In this document: positions 38,069 through 46,799 of the stretch, piece after piece
Numbering within the stretch: the stretch's first letter is position 1
Layout of the letters: each line of letters starts with the position of its first letter
Assembly (NCBI GenBank): GCA_002305075.1
Contig: DBQC01000022.1
Span: 22,238-86,237, forward strand
DNA: 64,000 nt
Source: Ruminococcaceae bacterium UBA1404
GTDB taxonomy: Bacteria; Bacillota; Clostridia; Oscillospirales; Ruminococcaceae
Direction of reading: 5' to 3'
The notes under the pieces: model-generated
What the model saw: only the letters and a program-made list of their open reading frames with translations
What the model was told of the DNA's origin: nothing
Database searches by the model: none
Translations under genes and position numbers: made by a program

Positions 38069-39316
38069 ATGTCGCTAAGAGAGGACGCTAAGCGCATTAT
38101 CGCCGAGGCCATTGGGGCGGTACAGCCCCGTCAGGCCGTGGGTGCGGCATTGGTCGGACGGCAGTATCAGGGGCGGGTGATCATGATAGCCCTCGGCAAA
38201 GCGGCCTATCCTATGGCCGCAGCCGCCGCCGACACCTTGAGCGATAAACTCACCGCCGGCCTTGTAATAACCAAGCCCGGACACACCGGACCAACCCCCA
38301 TCCCCCGCACTGAGGTCATCTTTGGCGGCCATCCGGTGCCCGACGCCGGCTCGGTGAAGGGTGCCGTACGGGCTCTTGAGCTGGTGCACGGCCTAACGCC
38401 CCGGGACACGGTAGTGCTGCTTATTTCGGGAGGTGGCTCGGCGCTATTTGAGCTGCCGGTTATCCCCCTTGAGGAGCTTCGGAAAATCAGCGAGAGCCTG
38501 CTGCGCTCGGGAGCCTCCATCGGCGAGATGAACACGGTGCGCAAGCGGCTCTCCAAAGTAAAGGCCGGCCGCTTTGCCATGGCCTGTGCCCCGGCTCGGG
38601 TGCTGGCGGTGGTGCTGTCCGATGTGATTGGCGACCGCCTCGATGTGATCGCCTCGGGTCCGGCGGCCGCCGACCCTACCACCGCCGCCCAAGCGCTGGC
38701 CATTGTGGAGCAGTATAACCTCCACCTCTCTCCCGAAGCGCTGTCGGCTTTATCTGAGGAGACACCCAAACACATAGACCATGTGGAAACCCACATCACC
38801 GGCAGCGTGGCCGCTCTATGCCGTGCGGCCGAGCAGGCCGCCCGGGAACTGGGCTATTCTACATTAACCCTGACTTACTCTTTGGACTGCGAGGCCCGAG
38901 AGGCGGGCAGCTTTTTGGGCGCCATTGCACGGCACTACCACGCCCTAGGCGGGCGGCGGGCTATTCTCTGCGGCGGCGAGACGGTGGTGCGGGTGACCGG
39001 AACAGGTCTGGGCGGGCGCAATCAGGAGCTGGCGCTGTCGGCGGCCCGGTATTTAGACGGTCTTGAGGGGGCGCTGCTTGTGGCATTGGGCTCGGATGGC
39101 ACCGATGGCCCCACCGACGCCGCCGGCGGCATGGTGGACGCCCGCACCGCCCGGCGGCTGCGGGAGCGGGGTATCAGCCTCCATGACGCCCTTGAGAACA
39201 ACGACAGTTACCACGCCTTAGCCGCCGTGGACGACCTTATCTTCACCGGGCCGACCGGCACCAATGTCAACGACCTATATATGCTGCTCCTTGACCCGCC
39301 CGGGCAGGGGGCCTAA
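38069..39316 (+). CDS. Glycerate 2-kinase (DUF4147 + MOFRL family)
   Basis: GGETVV.V.G.GLGGRNQELAL and GSDGTDGPTDAAG motifs. ATG 38069 after AAGGAGG. Confidence 0.8.
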   Translation: MSLREDAKRIIAEAIGAVQPRQAVGAALVGRQYQGRVIMIALGKAAYPMAAAAADTLSDKLTAGLVITKPGHTGPTPIPRTEVIFGGHPVPDAGSVKGAVRALELVHGLTPRDTVVLLISGGGSALFELPVIPLEELRKISESLLRSGASIGEMNTVRKRLSKVKAGRFAMACAPARVLAVVLSDVIGDRLDVIASGPAAADPTTAAQALAIVEQYNLHLSPEALSALSEETPKHIDHVETHITGSVAALCRAAEQAARELGYSTLTLTYSLDCEAREAGSFLGAIARHYHALGGRRAILCGGETVVRVTGTGLGGRNQELALSAARYLDGLEGALLVALGSDGTDGPTDAAGGMVDARTARRLRERGISLHDALENNDSYHALAAVDDLIFTGPTGTNVNDLYMLLLDPPGQGA

Positions 39317-39494
39317 GGCCCCTCTTATATAAAATTGGCTCTTGCGAGCCTGTTTTGTGGCCCTTTCTCATCGTGGGCATAGCCCCATGGCCATTAAGAA
39401 AAAACTTGTGGGCACCTGCAAAAAGTGCTATGCTAAGTATGGACTGTTATCTATAAAGTGCACAGCCCTAATCTGATAAGAAGGGAGCGCGCAT

Positions 39495-39893
39495 ATGAAA
39501 CTCTATGAATCGGGTGAGAACTACCTCGAGGCCATTTTGGTACTAGACCGCCGGGGAGGCCCGGTGCGTTCAGTGGATGTGGCGCGCTTTTTAGGCTACT
39601 CCAAGCCCAGCGTGAGCCGGGCCATGAAAACCCTGCGAGAGGCCGGGTACATCGATATGGAGGCCTATGGGACCATTGAGCTGACTCAAAAGGGCCGCGA
39701 AAGGGCCGCCTCGGTGTTGGAGCGCCACCGGCTTATCACCGATTATCTGGTGCTGTCCCTCGGCCTTGATCCCGAAATCGCCGAGCGGGATGCCTGCCGC
39801 ATCGAGCATGTCATCAGCCCCGAAACCTTTGATCAGATGAAACAGCGGCTGCACACCCTGCACCTTGAGAAGGAGAAGATGTATGTCGATTGA
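39495..39893 (+). CDS. DtxR/MntR-family metal-dependent transcriptional regulator (short, no SH3/FeoA domain)
   Basis: ENYLE.I..L.......R..D.A..L..SKPSVS.A...L...GY and H.L...L-type dimerisation helices. Confidence 0.85.
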   Translation: MKLYESGENYLEAILVLDRRGGPVRSVDVARFLGYSKPSVSRAMKTLREAGYIDMEAYGTIELTQKGRERAASVLERHRLITDYLVLSLGLDPEIAERDACRIEHVISPETFDQMKQRLHTLHLEKEKMYVD

Positions 39894-40314
39894 CATAAAA
39901 AAACCCTCAGACGCCGCTGCCGAAAGGCCGAAGCTCTCTAAAATTGGCATCATCAGCGTGGCACTGCTGCTGGTTTTGGCCCTGGTGGTAGCCGGCATGA
40001 TGGTGTCGAGCAGCAGGCGGCGTCAGGCGCTGGCCGAAAACGCCAAAATCGTGGATGCGGCCGTCGACCACGCCGTGGCAGTCTGCCGCAATGTGGTCAC
40101 CGTGCACGGAGACGCCGGCAATCAGGCCGAACTAAATGGGATGATAAAGCGCATTGAAGACGAGAAAAACCCGCTGACGAGGGCCGATATAGCCACCGAT
40201 ATGATTGGGCTTTGCCTGCGTCTGGCTCAGGACAGTCAAAGCCAGCTTGATGAGCTCACCGGGGCCCGCAACCGCCTGCTCATTGCCATACGCGAGTATA
40301 ACAACCGCTTGTAA
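39883..40314 (+). CDS. Single-pass membrane protein, divergent LemA-like
   Basis: ATG 39883 lies 7 nt after AGGAG and overlaps the regulator stop by 11 nt. One TM segment. The C-terminal L.EL.G..NR....R.YN tail resembles LemA, and a TPM gene follows, the classic LemA-TPM pairing. The central LemA motifs are missing. Confidence 0.45.
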   Translation: MSIDIKKPSDAAAERPKLSKIGIISVALLLVLALVVAGMMVSSSRRRQALAENAKIVDAAVDHAVAVCRNVVTVHGDAGNQAELNGMIKRIEDEKNPLTRADIATDMIGLCLRLAQDSQSQLDELTGARNRLLIAIREYNNRL

Positions 40315-40323
40315 GGAGGTACC

Positions 40324-41259
40324 ATGAAACAACGCAGCCTTGCTCTGCTTTTAACCGCCCTGTGTTGCGCTGCCCTGATGCTGCCCGTGGCGGCGCTGTC
40401 CCCCGCCGAGGGCTTTTATGTTAGCGACTATGCGGGCGTGCTCTCGGCCGAACAAATAGACGAGCTTGTCCGGCGCTCGGCCCAATTAGACGACCAAAAC
40501 GGCGCTCAGGTGGTCACCCTCATCACCAACCACTACATCGGCGACGACCCGTTTATCTACGCCACCGAGTTGTTTAACGAATGGGGCATCGGTTCGGCCG
40601 GAGACGACAACGGCCTTTTGCTCTTTGTGGCCGTGGAGGACGGTGCGGTCAATATTGTGGTGGGAGACGGGCTTAGCACGCTTGTTCCCGACAGCCGAGC
40701 CGGGCGCATTTTAGACGATACCTTTATGCCTTTGGCCGAGGACGATCTGGCGGCTGCCATTTACGAGACCCACATTGCACTGATTAGTGCCGCCGCCCGC
40801 CTCGACACCGCCCCGCCCGCCCCCTTAGAGGCCGAACAATACGAACCCGAGCCGGACATCATGGGCCCCATGCTCAGCATTATGCTGGTGGCCCTGCTGG
40901 TGCTGGTGGTGGTGATTATAGTCAACATTTTGAATCGCCGCAGCCCGCCCCCGCCCCCCATGGGCGGCCCCTATATGGGCGGCGGTTACCGCAGACCCAT
41001 CTTCTGGTTTGGGCCGAGCTTCGGGCCTCGTTTTCCGCCTCGGCCTCCCCCACCCCCACCGCCTCGGGGCAGCTCGGGCGGGTCGTTCGGCGGCAGCGGC
41101 CGCAGTAGCTTTGGGGGCGGACGCTCCTCGGGCGGGGGCAGCTCTCGCTCGTCGGGCGGATTTCGCTCCTCGGGCGGCTTTGGCGGCGGACGCTCCATGG
41201 GCGGCGGGGGCCGTTCCTCGGGCGGCGGCGCCGGACGCAGCTTCGGCGGACGCAAATGA
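40324..41259 (+). CDS. TPM-domain protein (YgcG-like) with a Pro- and Gly/Ser/Arg-rich C-terminal tail
   Basis: Signal peptide, TPM domain (V.DYAGVLS......L......L....GAQV.....), a TM segment, then a low-complexity PPPP/GGRSS tail. Confidence 0.8.
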   Translation: MKQRSLALLLTALCCAALMLPVAALSPAEGFYVSDYAGVLSAEQIDELVRRSAQLDDQNGAQVVTLITNHYIGDDPFIYATELFNEWGIGSAGDDNGLLLFVAVEDGAVNIVVGDGLSTLVPDSRAGRILDDTFMPLAEDDLAAAIYETHIALISAAARLDTAPPAPLEAEQYEPEPDIMGPMLSIMLVALLVLVVVIIVNILNRRSPPPPPMGGPYMGGGYRRPIFWFGPSFGPRFPPRPPPPPPPRGSSGGSFGGSGRSSFGGGRSSGGGSSRSSGGFRSSGGFGGGRSMGGGGRSSGGGAGRSFGGRK

Positions 41260-41316
41260 ATATAGCTGCTATAATCTTGTAGCTCTATATAATTCTAACT
41301 TAAAGGAGACCTGACC

Positions 41317-41970
41317 ATGGGAAAAATGCTTGATAACTTTAGATCCTGGTGGAACAGCGTGGCCGACAGTCTGGGCGATCCCGGAAAGCTGGCCCAACTC
41401 TCGGTAGCCGATCTTGAAAAGTCCATCGTCAAGGCCAAGGAGGCCGCCGCTGTGGTGGTGGGCCGTCCCGTGGCCTTAGAGTCCCGGCTAAAGGAACTTA
41501 ACAAATCGGATAAGGAGCTCACCGACCGCATCAAGGCGCTGGTCGCCACCGGCGAACAAGGCAAGGAGGCCGCCCGCAAATATGTGGAGCGCCAAGTGGC
41601 TGTGCGCAAGGAGATTGCTCAGGTCACCGAGGACTATGCCGACGCCAAGGCCGCCAGCGAGCAGTGGCAGGACAAAATTCGGGTGCTGGAAAACGAGCTT
41701 TATTCCCGCCGCAGCGAGGCCGACCGCCTTCAGATGGAGTACGAGACGGCCAAGGCCGAGCAGCGCCTCGGCAAGCAAATGGCATCAGCCGATGCCCTGG
41801 CCGGAACCGACCTCTTAAGCGGCGCCAAAGCCCGCATCGACAAAGAGAAGGCCAAGGCTGCCGGCTACTCGGCCATGAGTGGCCTAAGCGACAAGGCCGC
41901 CGAGGAGAAGCTGCTGCGAGACGCCGAAACCGATGCGCTTTTTGCCAGCTATCTAAACGAGGACAACTAA
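41317..41970 (+). CDS. pspA: PspA/IM30 family protein
   Basis: Long coiled-coil sequence with a PspA-like N-terminus (DP...L......LE) and heptad-rich E/K/A content. Strong AAAGGAG SD. Confidence 0.8.
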   Translation: MGKMLDNFRSWWNSVADSLGDPGKLAQLSVADLEKSIVKAKEAAAVVVGRPVALESRLKELNKSDKELTDRIKALVATGEQGKEAARKYVERQVAVRKEIAQVTEDYADAKAASEQWQDKIRVLENELYSRRSEADRLQMEYETAKAEQRLGKQMASADALAGTDLLSGAKARIDKEKAKAAGYSAMSGLSDKAAEEKLLRDAETDALFASYLNEDN

Positions 41971-42031
41971 CCCGATCCGCCCCCGTCGGCCTTTTGCCGG
42001 CGGGAGACCTTTATTGAAATGGTGAAGCCCT

Positions 42032-42595
42032 ATGAACATCAAAAAGGCCCTTAGAGAGGGACGGGTGGTGCTCACCGACCTGCGCACCGGTACCCTCCAC
42101 GGGTCAGACCCCGCCTGCCCCCTTAAGATGACCCGACTGATAGACCGCCTTGAGCGGGGTATCGCCACCCTAGAGGCCGCCGATAAGGGCAGTCTCCTCG
42201 AGCGCTTTAAGGATTTGATGATAGACAGCGCCTCCGATCGGGAGAAAGCGGCGGCCTATAAATCGGTGATAGACCTTACCTACCAGCTCAGGCTGTGCAG
42301 CCGCTGCCTGTGCGCAAACTGTGCGGCCATTGTGGACCGCTGCCGTTGTCAGGGCTGTCTCTATGGTAGTCGGGTGGTGGACTGCTCCAAGTTGCCTAAT
42401 GAGGGGATAGAAACCCGGGTATTCGAGCCGGGGGTGGCCGCTCTGCGGGGCGAGCCGCTGATTAAGACCGAGTTTGACCGCCACAACCATGTGAGTGCGG
42501 TCACTGTGCGTCAGGCAAATGGTTTGGAGCGCCGCTTTTTGCACCCGCTTGAGGACCAACCCCTCGAGACAGACGGCGGTCGAGACCGATACTAA
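42032..42595 (+). CDS. Hypothetical protein with an 8-Cys cluster
   Basis: 187-aa ORF, last gene of the psp-like cluster. CxxCxCxxC-x6-CxCxxC-x8-C at aa 89-118. No family recognised. Confidence 0.55.
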   Translation: MNIKKALREGRVVLTDLRTGTLHGSDPACPLKMTRLIDRLERGIATLEAADKGSLLERFKDLMIDSASDREKAAAYKSVIDLTYQLRLCSRCLCANCAAIVDRCRCQGCLYGSRVVDCSKLPNEGIETRVFEPGVAALRGEPLIKTEFDRHNHVSAVTVRQANGLERRFLHPLEDQPLETDGGRDRY

Positions 42596-42641
42596 ACCAA
42601 AGGCAAAGCCCCCTACAATCTATAGGGTGTTGTGCCGCACA

Positions 42642-42668
42642 AAAGCCCCCGCCGTCGGCGGGGGCTTT
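42642..42668. terminator. Bidirectional terminator
   Basis: aaagcccccgcc / ggcgggggcttt. Confidence 0.8.
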
Positions 42669-42701
42669 GAGGTTATTGTAGGGCTTTATATGATGCGAAA
42701 T

Positions 42702-43970
42702 TTAGTCCTTGTCCATCTTAGACAGAAACATGACGCAGAGAGACAGGATGCCCAGCACGGTGAAGATACCGGCCATGCCCTTGAGGGACAGCTCAATGGC
42801 TGCACTCAGTCCGCCCTCTCCGGCGGCAATCATGTCGGGAACCAGCGAGAGGATCATACCGCCGGCCACCACCGATGCAATCTGTCCAGACACATTGGAA
42901 GCCGCAGCGTTCATCAGCAGGAAGTTCTGATTGTCCTCTTTAAGACCCATTTTATGAATCACACGGCTGGCCATGGGGAAGGCCGAGATGCCGGCGCCGC
43001 CAATCATGGGGTTGACTTTGTTGCGGGGGTTTAAGATGTTGAGGAACTTGCCAAACAGCGTGCCCAACATGGCGTCGACCACAAAGGCCACCAGACCCAG
43101 AGCCATGATGAACAGGGTCTCTATTCTGAGGAACTGCTCGTAATGCATGTTGAAGGAGATGATGATACCAAGCAGCAATGTAATCAGGTTGGCAAGCTCG
43201 TTCTGGGCGGTGCGGGACAGGCTTTCGAGGCAGCCGCACTCGCGGATGAGGTTGCCGAACATGAGGAAGCCCACCAGAGCCACCGAGGCGGGCGCCACCA
43301 GACCGGCGACGATGGTCACCACGATGGGGAACAGGATACGGGTGCGCTTAGAGGCCTTGAGGGCCACATTGCTCATGCGGATAAGGCGCTCGTTCTTGGT
43401 AGTGACCAGACGAATGGCCGGAGGCAGTACCAACGGCACCATGGCCATGTAGGAGTAGGCAGCCACCGAGATGGCACCGATAAACTGGCTGCCCAACACC
43501 TGAGACACCAGAATGGCGGTGGGGCCGTCGGCTGCGCCGATGGTGCCGATAGAGGCAGCGTCGGTTAAACTGAAGCCTAGGAGGATGGCCACAATAATGG
43601 CGGCAAAGATACCGCCCTGGGCCGATGCGCCAAACAGCATCATCTTGGGGTTAGAGAGCAGCGGGCCAAAGTCGATCATGGCGCCGATGCCGATAAAGAG
43701 CAGCAGGGGCAGCACTTCGGCGGCCTCGATGGTGACCTCGTACAGCCACTGAATAACGCCGGCTACCTCACCGATACCAGCCATCTGCTGATTGAGTACA
43801 CCGGAAAAGGGCAGGTTGACCAGAATGGCACCAAAGCCCATGGGAAGAAGCAGCGCAGGCTCGTAATCTTTTTCGATGGCCAACCAGATCAGCAATGCGC
43901 CGATAACCCACATGACCACTTGCCCGGGCTCGCTAAAGAGATTTAAAACACCTTGCAATAGAAAATCCAT
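42702..43970 (-). CDS. oadB: Na+-translocating decarboxylase beta subunit (OadB/GcdB/MmdB family) with a C-terminal extra helix
   Basis: N-terminus ...W..G.LL.WLAI.K.YEP.LLLP.GFG....N.P and NFLLM....SNV.G.I.S..AGG near the end match the family. Monocistronic, between two terminator or AT-rich regions. Confidence 0.85.
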   Translation of the reverse strand: MDFLLQGVLNLFSEPGQVVMWVIGALLIWLAIEKDYEPALLLPMGFGAILVNLPFSGVLNQQMAGIGEVAGVIQWLYEVTIEAAEVLPLLLFIGIGAMIDFGPLLSNPKMMLFGASAQGGIFAAIIVAILLGFSLTDAASIGTIGAADGPTAILVSQVLGSQFIGAISVAAYSYMAMVPLVLPPAIRLVTTKNERLIRMSNVALKASKRTRILFPIVVTIVAGLVAPASVALVGFLMFGNLIRECGCLESLSRTAQNELANLITLLLGIIISFNMHYEQFLRIETLFIMALGLVAFVVDAMLGTLFGKFLNILNPRNKVNPMIGGAGISAFPMASRVIHKMGLKEDNQNFLLMNAAASNVSGQIASVVAGGMILSLVPDMIAAGEGGLSAAIELSLKGMAGIFTVLGILSLCVMFLSKMDKD

Positions 43971-44191
43971 GTTTCTCCCTCACTGTTTCTATTTTTCTTC
44001 CTATAACACGCGATAGACGCGTTTTAGACGTCAAACACTCCCGTTAAGTATAAGCAAAAAAGCGCTTTTTTGCAAGTCCTTTGCCAAATAATTAATAAAT
44101 TGTAACATAAGGATTCATTATAGACGCCCATGTCGCCCCATGTTATGATAAATTCATCAAGGGCTTAGCCCGGAAAGGAAGGCGAAAATCT

Positions 44192-44620
44192 ATGGAATAT
44201 ACCAAGGTAGGAAGCCGTTATGTGCTGCGTCTTGATAAGGGCGAGGAGGTTATAACCACGCTGCTTGACTTCCTGAAAAAGGAGGACATTCGCCTAGGCC
44301 GGGTGTGGGCGCTGGGCGGCATGGAAAATGTTACCCTAGGGTTGCTTAGAAAGAGCGATATGCAGTTTGCCCGCCGCAGCTTTAATCAGGGCATGGAGAT
44401 TGCCTCCTTTTTTGGCACCATTACCGAAAAGGATAATCAGCCCTATCTGCACGCCCATACGGTGGTCACCGACGAAAATATGCAGGCCTATGGCGGCCAT
44501 CTGTTCGAGGGCTATGTCTTTCCCACCATGGAGGTGATGGTGGATGTGATAGAAGGCGGTCATGTAGGCCGTGCCCTCGATTCGGATACCGGCATCTTTA
44601 TTATGGACTTTGGCAGATGA
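44192..44620 (+). CDS. PPC (DUF296) domain protein
   Basis: Y.LRL..GEE....L..F......L......G.G.......H.H......GGHL sequence typical of PCC/DUF296. Confidence 0.7.
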   Translation: MEYTKVGSRYVLRLDKGEEVITTLLDFLKKEDIRLGRVWALGGMENVTLGLLRKSDMQFARRSFNQGMEIASFFGTITEKDNQPYLHAHTVVTDENMQAYGGHLFEGYVFPTMEVMVDVIEGGHVGRALDSDTGIFIMDFGR

Positions 44621-44637
44621 TATCTTCCTGCTGCAAC

Positions 44638-44672
44638 AAGGCCGGCCCCCTGCGGGGGCCGGCCTAATTTTG
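44638..44672. terminator. Bidirectional terminator
   Basis: aaggccggccccc / gggggccggcctt followed by a T-rich tail. Confidence 0.8.
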
Positions 44673-45101
44673 TTACTGCCCTGCCATAAGCTGGGCGATG
44701 CGAGCCTTGAGCGCTTGGTATGCCTTCCGGGGATGGTCCAGAGGAAGGGCTACCGCTTCGAGTGGGCAGATGCCGTCTCCCTGCCGATTGAGGATGTGGG
44801 CCACCCGCTTCTCGTAGCTATGGGGGATGCCCTGCTCGGTGAGATAGGCAATGGCCGAGTCGCTCATGGTCTGGCCCCAGACCGACTGTACGCCACCTAA
44901 CACGGCCACCATGGCCGCCGCCTTACCGATGAGCTTATCGGTCAGCGCCACCCCCTGCAGCAGATTGGGGTCGGTGTCCAGCAGCAGTATGAGCGGACGG
45001 ATGCCGCTTCCTCGCAGGGCAAAGCACAGGCTCTCCCCTCGCAGTCCTATGCAGGTGTAGCGGCCCGCCTCGATGTGGCCTTTTGCGTCCATCTCTCCCA
45101 C
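44673..45101 (-). CDS. DUF1893 domain protein
   Basis: YTC........S...GI.PL......L.G....DK.IGKAAA...V.GGV..V....MS..A...L...GI...Y...V..I.NR....CP.E pattern. 73 nt downstream of abgT on the same strand. The start is uncertain (GTG 45101 or ATG 45092). Confidence 0.65.
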   Translation of the reverse strand: MGEMDAKGHIEAGRYTCIGLRGESLCFALRGSGIRPLILLLDTDPNLLQGVALTDKLIGKAAAMVAVLGGVQSVWGQTMSDSAIAYLTEQGIPHSYEKRVAHILNRQGDGICPLEAVALPLDHPRKAYQALKARIAQLMAGQ

Positions 45102-45174
45102 GCCCCTTTACTGGGGCTATTTTACGCCGGAGAGGTCGCGCTGTCAAGCCGCAGCGTGGGTGTGGGCATATCCG

Positions 45175-46722
45175 TTAGATGGTCAGCGGAATGTCGCCAA
45201 TCATCACCGGGGCACCGGGACCCAGAGGTAGATTGAGCAGGTACCAGATTATTACCTGTCCGAACCAGACCACAATGCCGCCCAGCATATAGGGGATGCT
45301 GCCTTGGGAGAGGATGTCACCCAGGGTAAAGTCGGGGTCGTAGGTTTCGTTGATCATGGTGATAATCATGTACACATAGACATTGATGGGGCTAATGATA
45401 CCCAGCCAACTGCGCCCGGCCCTCTGGACAACCTGTGTAAAGGCCGGATGGTAGCCCATGAACATGAACATGGGGATAAAGATCGGGGCCATAATGGAAT
45501 ACTGGGCCGAGTTGGAACTGACCAAAAGGCCTACCAGCGCCGTAATAAGCATATAGGCCATAAAGAGCGGTATACCCTTGAAGTTGATGGCCACCAGCAG
45601 GTCGGCCCCAGCGATGGAGAGGATGGTGCCGATGTTGGTCCATGTAAACAATGCGGTAAACTGGGCGATGGCAAACACCTGTACAATATAGGTATTAAAC
45701 GATCCGGTCTTTTTGGCCAGCACCTTGGTGATGTCCTTCTCCGTTTTCATAAATCCGGTGGAAAAACCATAGATGAGCCCGGCGGTTAGGAACATGCCAA
45801 AAAGCAGCGGAATGATGCCGCCAAGGAAGGGCGAGCCGTTAATTTTGCCGTCGTCGGTGAGCAAAAATCCCGTCAAAAGGCCAACCACAATAACGCCTAT
45901 GTAGAGCAAAATTCCCAGTCCGGTGCGGCCTAGGGCCTTGTTCTGCAGCGGTGTTAGGGGATCTTCCTGTAGCTTAGCAGAGCCTTTATACTCGCCAAAG
46001 CTCTTGGTGATCACCGTCTCGGTAATGATTGCGCAAACAATGGTGTTGATGATGCAGGAGACAAACATAAAGTAGTAGTTGCAGGTGACCTCCACCAGCA
46101 ATGCGGGGTTGTTGGAGGCGATGGGCACCGCTGTATTGGTGATGCCTTGGTGCAGCGCATCGGTGCCCGCAATGGCCATCTGGGAGTGGAAGCCGAGCGA
46201 GCCGGCCGCCCGACCGCAGATAAAGCCCACAATGGGGTTTTTGCCTGCGCCCAAAAAGAGCATTCCGGCCATGGGCGGGATGATAACCGAGGCGGCGTCT
46301 GAGGCGAGGTTGCCCATGCAGCCCACCCAGCATACGGCCACGGTGAGCAGCGTAGGCGACATACCGCCCATAAACTTTTTAAGGGCGGCCTTAACCAGCC
46401 CCACTTCCTCGCAGAGACCGATGCCAAAGTTCATCACCAGCACAAGACCCAGCGGTGCATATCCGGTGAAGTTGGTGATCATCTTGCTTAGGAACCAGAC
46501 CACGCCATCCTTGCTAAAAAAGTTGCGGACCGTGACAATTTGCTGGTTGGAAGGGTTGGTGACCTGCACTCCCATGGAGGAGAGCAGCAGCGAAACAATA
46601 GCCGTGACCACAAAGAAGATGAGAAAGAGCATGAGCGGTGAGGGCAGCTTGTTGGCGGCCCTGGCAAAGGCGTCCATAAACTTTTCGAGCCAGTTTTTTT
46701 GGACGGTAGTATCGGCGCGCAT
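45175..46722 (-). CDS. abgT: AbgT-family transporter (p-aminobenzoyl-glutamate transporter family)
   Basis: 515-aa polytopic protein with an N-terminus (FL..F...ANKLP.P..LF...F) and overall layout typical of AbgT/MtrF. Confidence 0.85.
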   Translation of the reverse strand: MRADTTVQKNWLEKFMDAFARAANKLPSPLMLFLIFFVVTAIVSLLLSSMGVQVTNPSNQQIVTVRNFFSKDGVVWFLSKMITNFTGYAPLGLVLVMNFGIGLCEEVGLVKAALKKFMGGMSPTLLTVAVCWVGCMGNLASDAASVIIPPMAGMLFLGAGKNPIVGFICGRAAGSLGFHSQMAIAGTDALHQGITNTAVPIASNNPALLVEVTCNYYFMFVSCIINTIVCAIITETVITKSFGEYKGSAKLQEDPLTPLQNKALGRTGLGILLYIGVIVVGLLTGFLLTDDGKINGSPFLGGIIPLLFGMFLTAGLIYGFSTGFMKTEKDITKVLAKKTGSFNTYIVQVFAIAQFTALFTWTNIGTILSIAGADLLVAINFKGIPLFMAYMLITALVGLLVSSNSAQYSIMAPIFIPMFMFMGYHPAFTQVVQRAGRSWLGIISPINVYVYMIITMINETYDPDFTLGDILSQGSIPYMLGGIVVWFGQVIIWYLLNLPLGPGAPVMIGDIPLTI

Positions 46723-46770
46723 GGTGACATTCCCCCTTACATCGGCATTGACATTATAGCGTACGCTTAT

Positions 46771-46799
46771 ATCTTAAGGGTTTGCAAAATAGATGTCAA
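46771..46799 (-). promoter_or_regulatory. Candidate sigma-70 promoter for abgT
   Basis: On the minus strand: TTGACA (rev-comp of 46794-46799), 17-nt spacer, TAAGAT (46771-46776). Lies ~45 nt upstream of the abgT ATG. Confidence 0.45.

Noticed and set aside
40950-41259. GC-rich, repetitive GGC/CGC/TCG DNA, considered as a tandem repeat element.
   Set aside because: It encodes the in-frame Pro- and Gly/Ser/Arg-rich low-complexity tail of the TPM-domain protein, a feature common in YgcG-like proteins.
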